Positions 51,867-64,000 of a stretch of DNA of 64,000 nucleotides are shown here, piece after piece (position 1 is the first letter of the stretch; every line of letters starts with the position of its first letter). The notes below the pieces were generated by a model. That model worked only from the letters and a program-made list of their open reading frames with translations. It had not been told where the DNA came from and ran no database searches. Position numbers and translations under genes: made by a program. This DNA comes from Styela clava (lineage: Eukaryota), in the NCBI RefSeq assembly GCF_964204865.1, contig NC_135253.1, positions 11,284,001 to 11,348,000 of the forward strand, read 5' to 3'.

Positions 51867-52894
51867 TTGAACAACTTTGGTTTCATTACTATTATTGTCT
51901 AGATTTTGTTTCTGATTAGAGGATATCAGTGGAATTATGGTCATATCATGTGCTCGATGTACTCTTATTGACATGTGATTGTGCCTTTTGTAAGTTATAG
52001 CCAAGCTTAGGCAAAAACTGAAACATTATGATAATGTACTATAGGATATTGAATATATTCAAATAAGAAGGAACAGAGAAATTGACAAAATCATTGTAAA
52101 TTCAATAATGAAGAACATATGTCCTGTGCCTGTTTCTATGTTTATGTACATATATACGATACTAATATGTTATGAATTTCCATGTACGGTAAATAGACTC
52201 TACTATGGTATATCGAATAAGACCAAATTTCAAATATATTCATTTAGTGGATATAGTAATGTCCTGGAAAACTTGGCGTGAATTCAGTTAAAAAAAATCC
52301 TGTTAGCTACCGATAAGAGATACCGTACTATAAAAGTACCGAATACTAGATTGGGAGAATATATATAGTAGTATAGTACCGTAATTAATTTATTCTTGCT
52401 TATTTTTTAATTAGTATTGAGGACTGACTTTCTTTCCATGGACGTTTTCTCTGCCTTTGGTCCTAGGACAATATTTAATGCAATTTTTAACGCTCATTCT
52501 TATTTCTGCTAGTTGGTGGTTGAAAATCATCATTTTGTCTTGAAATGTAGAAGCATCCATCTCGTTTTTCATGGCGGTTTTTGATTACTTCAACTAAACT
52601 AAAAACTTCTTAGAACATAGTTTATAATAATACAAACAACACTCATAACTACTGAAACGAGTTAATGTTTACAATCATGCATGAAAATATGTTGGGGAAA
52701 ATTGAAAAATAAGTTTTATTATCGTTTATTCCTGTGCCTGGTAGCTAACACCATTCTGCCACGATACATTTTATATTATGCTTGCTAGATCTATGTATAT
52801 TTATTTGCCAAGCCTGCAGTTAGTATGTTAGTATTAATATATATACAGTAACATGTGTAATGAATTTCATGACTTTTTATTTGTTAAAAGATAG

Positions 52895-54841
52895 ATGATA
52901 ATGTCATCATCAAATAATACTAGTGTCATTCTTACTCCTAAGAAAGTTATTCTTCATGTATCTTCTGTAAAGAGGGATGAACTGGAAGTTTTAGCTTGTT
53001 ATAACTTAGATGCTTGTCATACCACACCTGAGAAAACCATATTCTTCCAGAAGCAAGTGATAAATGCTCCAGATACAAGAGCAAGAAAGGTAGGCTATGG
53101 TATAGGCATGGACGTTTGTCCCTGTTGCATGCGGTAATTATATATATTTATCTAAAGTTGTTGAGCTCTGAAAATAAATCATATATCAAAATATTTGAAA
53201 TTAGTTACATTTTTATTGAGTGATTCAGATTCTGCATTTGATGCAACCCCATTATAAGAATTGCTAAATGACACCACTCTCTTTCTAATTTCAGTTTTAT
53301 TTTCAGGTTACAAAAAGTCCAAATAATGCTAGATCTCCTAATTCTTCCCCATCAGATACTCCATCCAAAATTAGTACACCCAAAAGTGCGAGGAATTCAC
53401 AAAAAAGTCTAAAACGAAAAGCAGATAAGAGTGGATTAAATGAAAGGGATGAAACTGTCACTTGTACTCCTAAAAAACGTTCTACTCTCCGTGGCAATGT
53501 AAAAAAAAATACAAAGATTAGCCAGGAAGATTCTGATCCTCAAAAACTTTCTACTGTACGTGACAATGCGAATGAAAATTATAAGACCAAACGCAGAGAT
53601 TCTGATCTCCAATCAAAGCAAAAAGTTTTTAATTATATAATGGATGGAAATTGTAAACACCACATTGAAGGAATACTGAAATGTAGGACATCTTCATCAA
53701 GGTGAAAAACATTGATAAATTTTAGTTAGAATAGTCCAATTAACTTTTTTTCAATGTTGCTAAAATCAATGTTGATAAAGGATGAAGAAATTTCAAGCAG
53801 GCAGAGGAAATGTTCGGGAATACAGAAATTGGTTACTTCTTCATTTTTTCCCATATTTCAAAAGTAAAGAAAAACAAGATGATGTAACACGTTATCTAAG
53901 AGGTGTTTTATATGAATTTCAGAGAAGGTAGTTTATATTACACTTATCTTTATGTATGCATCGTTTTCTGTTTTTCATTACAATTCTCTTGTGGTTATTC
54001 AGAAACGATTTCAAATTACCAATATCGAGAATGACTCGACTTGTACAAGATGTGTTATATTCAGAGGCAATAATTCATTCAATATCAAAGGTTGAAAAAG
54101 TTTCCACTAAGGATGCAGAAACTGTAAGTTTTAATTTCGATATATATTTTATGATTGTGATTACTGTATAATCCGTTTGCTTAATAAAAAGGTTCATATT
54201 ACTACTTCATAGCTGTTATTCTAATCGTACTGACATGAATAGCGTTAAGTGTCATGTCAATCGATATTTACTAAAGTCAGCGGGCCGGTCAAAATCTCAT
54301 CGCGGGCCGGGTGACATTGGAAGTTTCATGTCACATTTCAATTTTGTTTATCTGTTATTACTCAAGCACCCGACTTGTGACTCTGCAGTGACTCGAACTT
54401 TGCGGGAACTCTGACTTGAGACTCTGATGACCTATGACTGTACTCAAAAATCGACGTTCAGAGACTCTATCATTGTTGACCACTTAATTTACTGCATTTA
54501 TTAATGGCTGGGCGGTGTGGTGCATCATGCCGATCGTTAGTAATACAGTCGTCACTGCACCTCACAGGTTCAAATCCTGCGGGGGATAATTTTGTGCAGA
54601 GGATTGCTAGATTTGTCACTGTAGGGTGGTCGGCTACGGCTTCCTCCACTATACGGTCCATACATCTGAAACAATTAACTGGCTAACTAATCCCATACTT
54701 GACATGGCTTGGTAACCGGACGAGAGCTCTGTTTCGCCATATTATTAAGTCATCTCATTGACTTTTTTCTCCCCAAGGATAAATATGCAAATACTGATAA
54801 CATCTGTTGTGTTGTTTCAGATTTACAAAAAATATTCCTGA
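52895..54841 (+). CDS. Protein with PWWP3A/B (MUM1/EXPAND1)-like C-terminal domain, no PWWP domain, ~292 aa, 5 exons
   Basis: Phase-consistent exons 52895-53089, 53307-53701, 53781-53927, 54003-54123 and 54821-54841. C-terminus KVFNYIMDGNCKHHIEGILKCRTSSSR...QDDVTRYLRGV...RLVQDVLYSEAIIHSISKVEKVSTKDAETIYKK resembles, from memory, the human PWWP3A C-terminus. The N-terminus is basic and S/TP-rich. Confidence 0.7.
54500..54790 (+). mobile_element. SINE-like repeat with tRNA-like head
   Basis: GGTTCAAATCC B-box-like motif; body shared with 21735-21975 (-) and 22290-22515. Confidence 0.55.
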
Positions 54842-57788
54842 TCCTTGGATTTATGATTAGTGTTGAGACACCATTGATCAACTCAACTGTACTGAACTTT
54901 ATATGGATCTGATCGTGATATAATTGTATATTATGTTGATTTATATTTCGATAATGTATGGTTTTGTAACTTATGTATCGTGATTAGAAATTAATACCAT
55001 GGGATTTTTGCACCATCTGGACTTATCACTGTAAATCGGTAAGGAATACAGTAATGCAATCAGTATGTTGAGCCATGCCAGGTCGGTTGGAATACTTTTT
55101 ATCGTGATTCCATTCCGACCGCCATCAGGTGGGGACACGGCTAATTCGAGCCAAAGATTTTTGTTCAGAAGTAAATAAAAGACTCAGTGACATCAAGAAA
55201 ACAAACAACGGATTACAGAAATAGCAAATTGTTGACTGTGGGACTAAGAACGTACAACAAAGAGGTTCAGGAAGGGAGATTTTCAACTTCTGCATGCAAG
55301 TCTGAAGATTAGTTCAAACAAGATCAGGCTTGGTATGTTCTCGTATATTGGGGCTGTATATATAGAATTTTAATGCCTGATCAGTGATCATACTATTTGT
55401 GAACTCTTGATCGATTTTTACAATTTTGTGTAACCTTTTCGGTCAATAGTAGATTGGGGTTGGATATATAGAATTTTAATGCCTGATCTTACTATTTGTA
55501 AACTCTCTATCAATTTTGTGTAAACTTTTTGGTCGAAATTATGTTAGACACTAGATATGTTTTGATTTTTAAGCAAGAAACGGCGACATCGCAATTTTGT
55601 CTAGAAATAATTCTTTCGATTGTCTGTTTGCATACAATTCGCAGAGCCGCTCTTCAGTTCAATGTTTTGTTCTTGAGTAAATTGCGCGCGACCTGATTAC
55701 AAAATCAGACGCCTGAGTAATGGCCCGCCTACTCGTTTTTATTTTTTTGGTGGGCGAACGCGTTCAACACGTTTTGAACTTATTATTAGGTTTTTTTCAC
55801 TTCCCGGATTCTTAATCTCTTTGTGTTTTGTTTTTGCAGCTGAATCGAGGTCGAAAATATCTATCTATGATAATGAATGTAATTGTTATTGTGGGCATTA
55901 AGAATCATTAACTAATTCGGAAAAAAATAATGAGAATTCCATTTACCGCTAGGATTTCTTGAACAAAAGTAAAAACAGACGGTATTGTTTCTATTTATGA
56001 TGCCATGGATGGGAATGCAGTGATGCAGACAACATGCTTTTCTTCATTTACATCAATTATTTTATCGTCTATTATGTGGATTATGGAATCTAAATAAACT
56101 TGTATTGTGGTAGTTATTAAGTTCATTGTACTATCAAGCATGTTATTAACTTTATGTTCGACCATTGATGGCGAACCATTTAAACCGTGTAATGATTTGC
56201 AGTAGGATTACAAACGTTTCGCGATAGTTGATATGTATGCGAATCCAATATGGAACGGGTGATTCACCCGAAGACATCCAACATCGTTCAAACCCTGTCG
56301 AATCCAGCACAACAATGTTGTTCGGGTGTCTGATCTCGCCTTCCGCTCACAGTATGGCATGGCGAAGTTTACCATTTTTTTAATACAAGGAAATGATGTG
56401 GGAAGTTAATGTTGCGCAGGGAGGGACTGCAATAATTGTTCTTGAGGTACATTTGTTATTAACATTCTGGAATGCGTAAGAGCGTACTTAAATGATAACC
56501 ATTGTCTTTTATGGTAAAAAAAGTTTTGGTAGTCGAACGCCAATCCAAAACGAAATATGTTCGACTACCGAGGGATCTGGTTGTTGTCAGAGAAGACATT
56601 GCGAGCAATCGACAGAATCAATGGCCAGCTGTATTACGTGTTGACGAAATTTTCGAACGACGTAGTCAGATCGATATCGGGGGTGGCATGTGCAAAAATT
56701 GTTACGCCAAACCTACTAGAAGTACTTATGGTACTAAACTGCACTTGACCCTGGTAAGGTAACCGTGCCAACTTCGTCCAGATGACTTGAGGAAATTGCA
56801 GGTATAATCTTTCATTTTAGCTTTCTTGACTAAAATATTTGAGCATTGCTCTCTTGGGATGTTCCTTCGGCCCCCTGGCTACGCCTATGCGATGTCGTCG
56901 AAGTCGGCTTATTTATAGGTGGACCACGAGGTAAATGATTGGCGGTTGCTATTGTCATATCATATATCGAGAATAAGATAAAGTTAAATTCAGGGATAGC
57001 CTATTATGGACCTACGAGTTAAGTCAAAGTTGCGATGCTGATTGTTACCTTCTTCCCGTGACCTCTTGCAAGTACAAGAAACTTTCATCGTATAAAACAG
57101 TCTCTAGTAAAATACACAACTCTAAAAACTCAGTAAAATACACAAGACAAAGAGGTACGGCACGACGGCGATATGTACAATAGTCAGTTTATGGCACGTC
57201 CATATCCCAGGTTCCGGTGTGAAAAGATGGAGATAGGGTATGGGTCGCTGAATTGATATGTTTTTACACTAAGTCTCACGAAACACGTAAATATTTGTTC
57301 GGGATATAAACTTGCCAGAAACCAACGTTGGATGGGGCCACGACACGAGAAAAAATTTGTAAAAGATAAATGTAGAAAACCTTCGCTGAACTTGAGTTGT
57401 TAATCATAGTTTGCACTGGACCAAAGATATGGGAGCAATATAGAGTCTGGCATAAAATGCGGCCACTTTCATAAGCGCTATTGTGTGAAATTTATTGCCG
57501 CCATGTCTCAGCATGATAATTATAAATTTTTAAGGAATGATCTAGTTTGCATAATTGACGATCCAGCGAAGGAAGTAAGTAAACAATAAAACTATACAGG
57601 AAAAAGAGACAATAGATCCGTGGGGGTCTCGAAACTTGTTTTCCGATCAATGGAGATTTGTTTCATGATGACATTGTTAATCGATTGGGGGTATTTTTCA
57701 TTTCTGTAGTTTTTTTCTCATCTCATATTTACCCTTTGTATCTGAAAAGTAATGTCGGAAAAGTAGGATGTCCCTTAACTCACTAAAT

Positions 57789-59900
57789 CTAATAGAATTC
57801 CAATAAATGTCTCTTAAGCTTGGATCTAAATTCGGACATCGTTGTCGAGCTTTTAATACTATTAGGCAATGGGTTCCATACTTTAGGTCTAAAGAATGTA
57901 ATCGATTCTTGTGCTATTGATGTTCTAACATACGGAACAAAAAATCTGTCGTGACTTCTGCTATTTTGGGTATTATTATTCGCGAATACGCGATTAAAGC
58001 AACTAGGGAGTTGACCAGTAGAAGATAAAAACATCAATGTGCAAATCTCTAATGTTAGTAAATCTTCAACACGTAGTAGTTTTTCACTTTTGAACAAATC
58101 CGCAACACTATCTCTCCGACCCCTATCAAAAGTCATTCTCAAGAACTGATTACAGGCACTTTGAATTTTAATTGTAATACCTTTTTGACGATGCATCCAA
58201 GTGTTTATACAATATCGTATATATTAAGGTTTTTATTGGTTTTTGAAATAGCTTCGAGGGCTGCCCTTGTTTTGGATAGTACCAATTGTGACTGATATTT
58301 CCATGACAATTTGTCATCGAGTGAAACACCCAGGAAACGAATTTGGTTTACTCTTTGAATGCACTTGGACTGTAGAATTAGCTCATCGTTTAAAATGAGT
58401 AGTTTTTGTCCAGATGCACTGAAAATCATGTACTTGGTCTTTTCCGCATTTTCTGTTAGTAGTTAGCCATGGTTGAATATTAGTTAGGTCAGCATTAGCT
58501 TTTTCAAAAAAGTTTTGGTAAATTTTTCCCCTGTAAAAAAGTGGTGGTGTCATCAGCAAATAGAATAGCATCAGAGTTCTTGAGTGATTCAGGGAAGTCA
58601 TTAATCATAATTAAGAAAAATATAAGCCCCATAAGCGAACCTTGAGGGGCCCCAATTGTTAAGTTGCAGTATTTACTTGAAGAGTGCCCGTCATAAACTA
58701 ACACTTGTATGCGATCAGACAGGTAATTGCGGAACCATGAAAGGCAGTGGCCTCTAACAGCTATGTGGTAGAGTTTTGAAAGCAAGATATGATGGTCAAT
58801 GCAATCAAAAGCTTTTGATAAGTCAAGAAATAGTCCGAGAGTATAGTGGCCTTTTTCAAATCCATCCAGTATTTTACTTGTAAGCAGAGACGTGGCCGGC
58901 GAAGTGGTATGTCCCTTGCGAAAACCAAATTGTTGATGGTAGAAAAAACTCTTTTGTTCTAAAAAGTTAACTAGTCTATTGTACATGACTTTTTCTAAAA
59001 TCGTTGAAAAAGACGGCAGTAAGCTAATCGGTCTATAGTTTTTGACATTTTTTAATGTCTCCGCCTTTATGAAGCGGTACTACTTTAGCGATTCTAAATT
59101 CATCAATAAATTGTTAAATTAAATATTAAGAAGATGAACCAGAGAGAGCATACAGTTCCACGGCATTGCTCTAACCTTAATGGGGATTCCATCAAGCCCA
59201 CAGCTGGTTTTAGGTCTAAAAGCTCGAATAATAGCTTGTATTTCTGTGGCTGTTACCGGTGATAGAAACATTGAAGAGTTACTTGATTTGCCCATGTATT
59301 TTATGAAGTTACCGTCATAATCATTAGTGAATTTATCAGACATTCGCTGTCTTATCGTAGAAAAATGTTCATTGAAATGATCAGCTATCAATACAGGATC
59401 ACACGTTTCTCTATTTCCCACAACAAATACTTTTGACAGTTTAGATTTGCATCGACCTAGCAGGGTATTCATTGTTTGCCACGATTTTTTAAGATCGTTT
59501 TTAGTTTTAGTTTTACTCAAGAGCGATCTGTAGTAAGAATGCTTTTTGGCCGATAACATTTTTTTATAAGTTTTCTTGATTTCCAAGTATTCATTCCTAG
59601 AATATTGCAATTTATTGATGAGAGTTGAATTTTACAGTTTCTGTTTTTTCTTATGAAGTTTTATTAATTCGTTAATCAAATTGTTAGTTTTCTTGATCAA
59701 AATCTGAGGAAAACAGCGATTAAAAACTGGCATAACATGGCAAGAATATTTTCTAAGGGCATCGTTCGGGTCTGATTCTTCATACACTACAGAGAAATCG
59801 ATGCATTCTATTGACGTCCTAAATTTAGTCATATTGGTCGGATTAAATGATCGAGAAAGACTGTTTTTATTTATTTTAATAACAATTTTTTGTTACTATG
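57789..59900 (-). mobile_element. Decayed, 5'-truncated non-LTR retrotransposon (L2/CR1-group LINE ORF2, reverse transcriptase)
   Basis: Frameshifted ORF pieces with YRPISLLP, QFGFRKGHTT, FLDLSKAFDCIDH, GAPQGS, LFADDT, FLGVSLDDKLSWK and WNPLPNSIK. Confidence 0.9.
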
Positions 59901-60231
59901 TTATTTTTGCAATGGAATTGAACCACAGCATCACCATTTTACGTCAACCAGTGTTTTTTATTCCATATGTTTGTAGGAAAAGCACTGTTGTGATACACAT
60001 ACCATAGCCATGCATTCCATCCTATCAAAGTGTATTTATTAATTGGGACCCACCGAGTGTTTATGTTACACAAGTTTGATGCCCGAACGATGCCCGTTCG
60101 TGGCTTTTATTTTGAATATAATATGTTTGTGTGTTGAATGTGGGTAAACTGGCGCATGTATATTTACATGTATTAAACCATTATAAAGGTTTTGCCAGTT
60201 TCCTCGATTTTCCCAATCTTCTGTGTGTTCA

Positions 60232-60536
60232 TTGTTACTTATCGATTTTAATCTGTAAGTATGTTGATAGGTATTTGTCTGTCTGTCTGTTGGATGTACG
60301 CGATATCTCACGCAAGCGAGATCAAATCTGCTCCAGATTTTGCATGTGCATTCATCATATCTCATTCATCATATCTCGTAGCCTATTGATTTTGGGTGAA
60401 TTATGTCGTATAATTAGCGAGTTATTAATTAATTCGTGATTGGACACAAGGTGTCACTATGGAATAAGAGCGCTGTTTTGAGGGATCCCCTAACTTTCGA
60501 TCGATAAGTCTTCGGTCTCTGACCAATATTCTCGTT
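60232..60536 (+). mobile_element. DINE-1/Helentron-like repeat, full-length copy
   Basis: Same structure and sequence as 40160-40461. Confidence 0.65.
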
Positions 60537-61480
60537 TGTGTTTTGTGTATGAATTCTTTTTTGCGGGAAAATCAAAATATACTTATTATGCTGTAAAGAC
60601 CCTACAAAAATTCTTCCTGTACTTTACTATGGAAAAATTTTGTATGCTTATTCTGAGAGTAATTCGTGGCGTTGGCGCTTATAAACTGGTGTACATTTTT
60701 AAAATCATTATTTTTATTGAAATTGTTTTAACCGCATGCCGCTACTGACAGATAACTTCAAGCCTAGTCTATCACAGTATTTGCGGGCATATTTGAATAT
60801 TGCGACTAAACTGAAAGCCAACCGGGGAACATAATGGCGATTGAGTTATTTGATTCGCAATTTCTTTACGAAAACACAACTGAAAACTGGAAAATAACAC
60901 CCAAAACAACGAAAACGAGGCAATATTTACAACCATGCTTGAATATCTGTCTGAGCATAAATGTTGCATAACAACATTTGTTATGCATTCTCTCTGGTCT
61001 GAGCGAAGCAAGTGTCTAAGCCAGTGGTTCTTAAACTTTTTCAAGCGCGACCCAAATCTGAGTTTTATGAATACTCGCGACCCAATCCTAAAAAACGCAA
61101 AATGTGTTTTTAATGTTAGTACAGTTTGACTCAAATACAGACAACTATTTATTAGAAACAGTCCATTGACTCAGTGAGATTGATGAAACTGAAATTTCCT
61201 TTTTCATTATATCTTCAATACATAGCTCTATTTTACTTAACCCAATACGCAAGTTGTCACGGGTATCGAAGCGATTGCGAGCTTAGTTTTGATAACCGTC
61301 AGTGCCAAATATCCTCGCTCGCACAAGTGCCTTGTCGCGAATTGTAGCAGAAAAGGCGTCCGCTGTCCGTCGCAAACACGACATCCTAGCTGGCCTTCGG
61401 TATCTCTCGCAATATACAATTTTTACTCGTCACATGTGCACGCACTGCCAACAGGGGTGATAACTTTTTTGTGGCTTTAG

Positions 61481-61598
61481 AGCCAGGCCACACAAAAGGG
61501 GCCAGGCCACGGAGAAAATGGGGCCAGGCCACAGAGAAAATGGGGCCAGGCCACGGAGAAAATGGGGCCAGGCCTCAGAATATTTGGGGCCAGGCCAG
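61481..61598. repeat. Minisatellite, ~22-bp unit GGGGCCAGGCCACGGAGAAAAT, about 5-6 imperfect copies
   Basis: Directly visible tandem units. Confidence 0.85.
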
Positions 61599-62878
61599 CG
61601 CAATGGTAATGTTAAGACATCCGTATTTGTTTAGTTATATTTAATGTGGAAACTGGTAATGTTAAGACATGTACGGTACTTGTACAATTGAACCGTATCG
61701 TATGTTACAACCAGGGAAAATGCTGTATTCGAACACTTACTCATTACAAATGTAGAGCTATAAGTTTATTTCGACTCCATAATCAGCAATAGACGATAAA
61801 ATAATAGATAAAAACAAATGATAAAGTAACTGATTATAGAATCGGGAAAGCAAACAAAACCTCAAGTAAAGTTTGAAGCCTACATATTTCAGATGGAAAG
61901 GTATTGATAAAAGAAGTAGTACGTGTTTGCTCACCCAATGTATTACTTATGTGAGGGGGTATATTGCGAGCGATACATTATTGTAGTGTTTCTACTGGTC
62001 ACCGTATCTATACATTTATATTCCTCACCGCATTCATTGTCTTTTTACTGTAGCGTGAACTGGTGCCTATATGTTAAAAAAAACTCAGTGAAATAAGTTT
62101 TGTTGCATACCTTTTTGTGATTGTTAATTTTTTTTAGCGAATATGTGTTGTTATTTAATTATTTTCATACAATACATGGTTAATAGATCAGTGAATAATT
62201 CCACCAGTGACTCAAATGCTATTATTAAATGAAGTCCGTACTGATAAATTGTGTAGTTCTACCTGTATTGCATAGGCAATTGACAGGGGTTTACACGCAA
62301 GATGTTTTAGATTTGTAATACAAATTGCAGGCACAACATATCGGTAGCTGGTATACGCTATCACAACCACTAGTATCCCAATACTCAACATGCAAAAAAG
62401 ACTACTCTTCTCCGTTATACATTATCCCTAACAGAAAACAAGATCCATGCATACCAGTTGATTAACTGTTTCATTTATTGAAAAAATTGCAAACACCAGA
62501 TTGGCAGGATTCCAACATACTCTTTTTTAAAATAAGATTCATCTCCGAGGGAGTCCTTTTTGTTAGCATCTTAAGACTTTCCTATTACCGATAATTACTT
62601 CAATTATATTCAGCGTAATGAATATCAGGGATAAATGTTCAATCATAAGACTGTTTTTTCAATATAAGTCATCATAGATATATCGGAAAAGTAACAGTAG
62701 TACAAACGCATATTAGATAATCATAAGCAAGGAAATTGTAAAACTCTTTTGACTGGAACTGGTTTAGAGATTCAAGGGAAAATTCGCAAAATTCAATTTG
62801 GTATTTTTTCAAATTTGTTTTTAGCAACCACACTGGTAAGGTTGAGTATCTCCTACACAATATAAAACCAAAATTATA

Positions 62879-63912
62879 TAGAGTCCGTATTGTTGTCATC
62901 ATAGCAGACACCATGATATAATTTCTTCTCTCCAAGCTATAAAACAAAAAAATTATGTTAAAATTCTTGATGACTTGAGTGGTTTATTATTTTACAGTAC
63001 TGGGAATCAAAATACCTATTTCACCAATAAATACTTTTTAATCCTGCACACCATTTTGAGAATACAGGTAAAACGTAAAATTAAATGGTAGTGATATTAG
63101 GGAGTGGGGTTTTATGGCACGGTTGTTAGCAACAATATGGGATGAAATTTATCTAACAGAAGGAAGTATGTAGGTTTCATATAGAATTATTACATCATTT
63201 TTATCATTGTCAACTATTCAATCCAAATCTAACGAAGATTCAATAAAACATGGTGTTTATTCGACTAGACCAGGGGTTCTCAACCTTTTTTCTGCAAAAT
63301 ACCCCCCCCCCCCCCGAGGCACGAAACAATGAACGTGAACCCCCTACACCGAACAAAGTTGTGATATATCGATTAACAATTTGTTGAAACAACAATTTAT
63401 TGACCAGATAAAACTAAATTTAATTTCCCTGTTACTAATATTGCCCTAACTAATAAATTCTTGAAATCCCTTTCAAGTTTCAATAAGGATATCACTTTCT
63501 CCAGTGCTCGCAGCACGCTGTATTTTCTGTGAATTTCACATTGTTTACGTCACAATCACAACAACGCAAGATCAGGGAAAATCTATGTTTCAATTGGCAT
63601 CCAGTTTCAATCGGCACGCATTTTCCTCTGGTAGTAATAAAGGATATTAAAAACAGCAACACGCAAAAACTCGACTGCCATCAAGTACCAAGTACCCCCT
63701 GAAATCTTTTCGCGAACCCCAGGTTGAGAACCCCTGGACTAAAGACTGCTTGGTCCATCCCTGCTTCATTATCAAAAACTCATTAAGTTAGGAAACAAAT
63801 GGAATGGGCCAATTTTTATATTCTATTCTGTTTTTACTTATTGTTGCCTATGTCCTGCTATAAAGCTCAGTACAAACAATACGTCAAACTCACATTGAGG
63901 TACGTAGAATCT
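62879..63912 (-). CDS. Possible last two exons of a gene entering from beyond the window end (..DSTYLN/LGEKKLYHGVCYDDNNTDSI*)
   Basis: Acceptor TATTCAG plus a 17-nt exon plus donor GTGAGT near 63895-63912, and acceptor TTTTATAG near 62937 giving an in-phase join. No homology recognised; boundaries approximate. Confidence 0.25.
63271..63736. mobile_element. hAT-Charlie-type MITE
   Basis: Perfect 16-bp TIR CAGGGGTTCTCAACCT / AGGTTGAGAACCCCTG; imperfect 8-bp TSD GACTAGAC/GACTAAAG. Confidence 0.85.
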
Positions 63913-64000
63913 GAATAAATCTTCGAGCAATCATAATACCACACTTGCCAATTCCACGTCATTCTATTGTTTTATGTACGCGATGTTTTGGAGAAGCAAA

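Noticed and set aside
54505-54585. tRNA gene candidate (GGTTCAAATCC)
   Set aside because: No convincing cloverleaf; it continues into a body shared with other dispersed copies, so it is a SINE head.
56100-56820. GC-richer stretch with short ORFs, possibly a viral or TE remnant
   Set aside because: No frame gives a recognisable domain; only a ~30-bp match to 35770-35800 suggests a decayed repeat.
61481-61598. Repeat array resembling a CRISPR
   Set aside because: Contiguous units with no unique spacers, no cas genes and a eukaryotic context; it is a minisatellite.

Overview
AT-rich eukaryotic DNA with compact genes and GT-AG introns. It is most consistent with an ascidian (tunicate) genome; this is inferred from gene spacing, the repeat landscape and precursor architecture. 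The main result is in 1-13.2 kb: a tandem duplication carrying two copies of a 4-exon minus-strand gene that the ORF track shows only as fragments, partly in the wrong frame. Hand-splicing gives a 126-aa secreted precursor with a signal peptide, a ~35-aa Arg/Trp-rich amphipathic cationic peptide (+20 and +22) and a strongly acidic C-terminal propiece (-23 and -25). This is the architecture of ascidian antimicrobial-peptide precursors, but I do not recognise the mature sequence. Copy A carries a young, defective hAT transposon in intron 3. The rest of the window holds three tightly packed co-oriented (operon-like) clusters: STOML1-GTF2F2-VPS18 (+), SMYD4-like-NDUFAF1 (-), and a partly duplicated TMEM42-TVP23 unit followed by a PWWP-less PWWP3/MUM1 C-terminal-domain gene (+). 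There is also a decayed LINE and many MITEs, SINEs and DINE-1/Helentron-like repeats.
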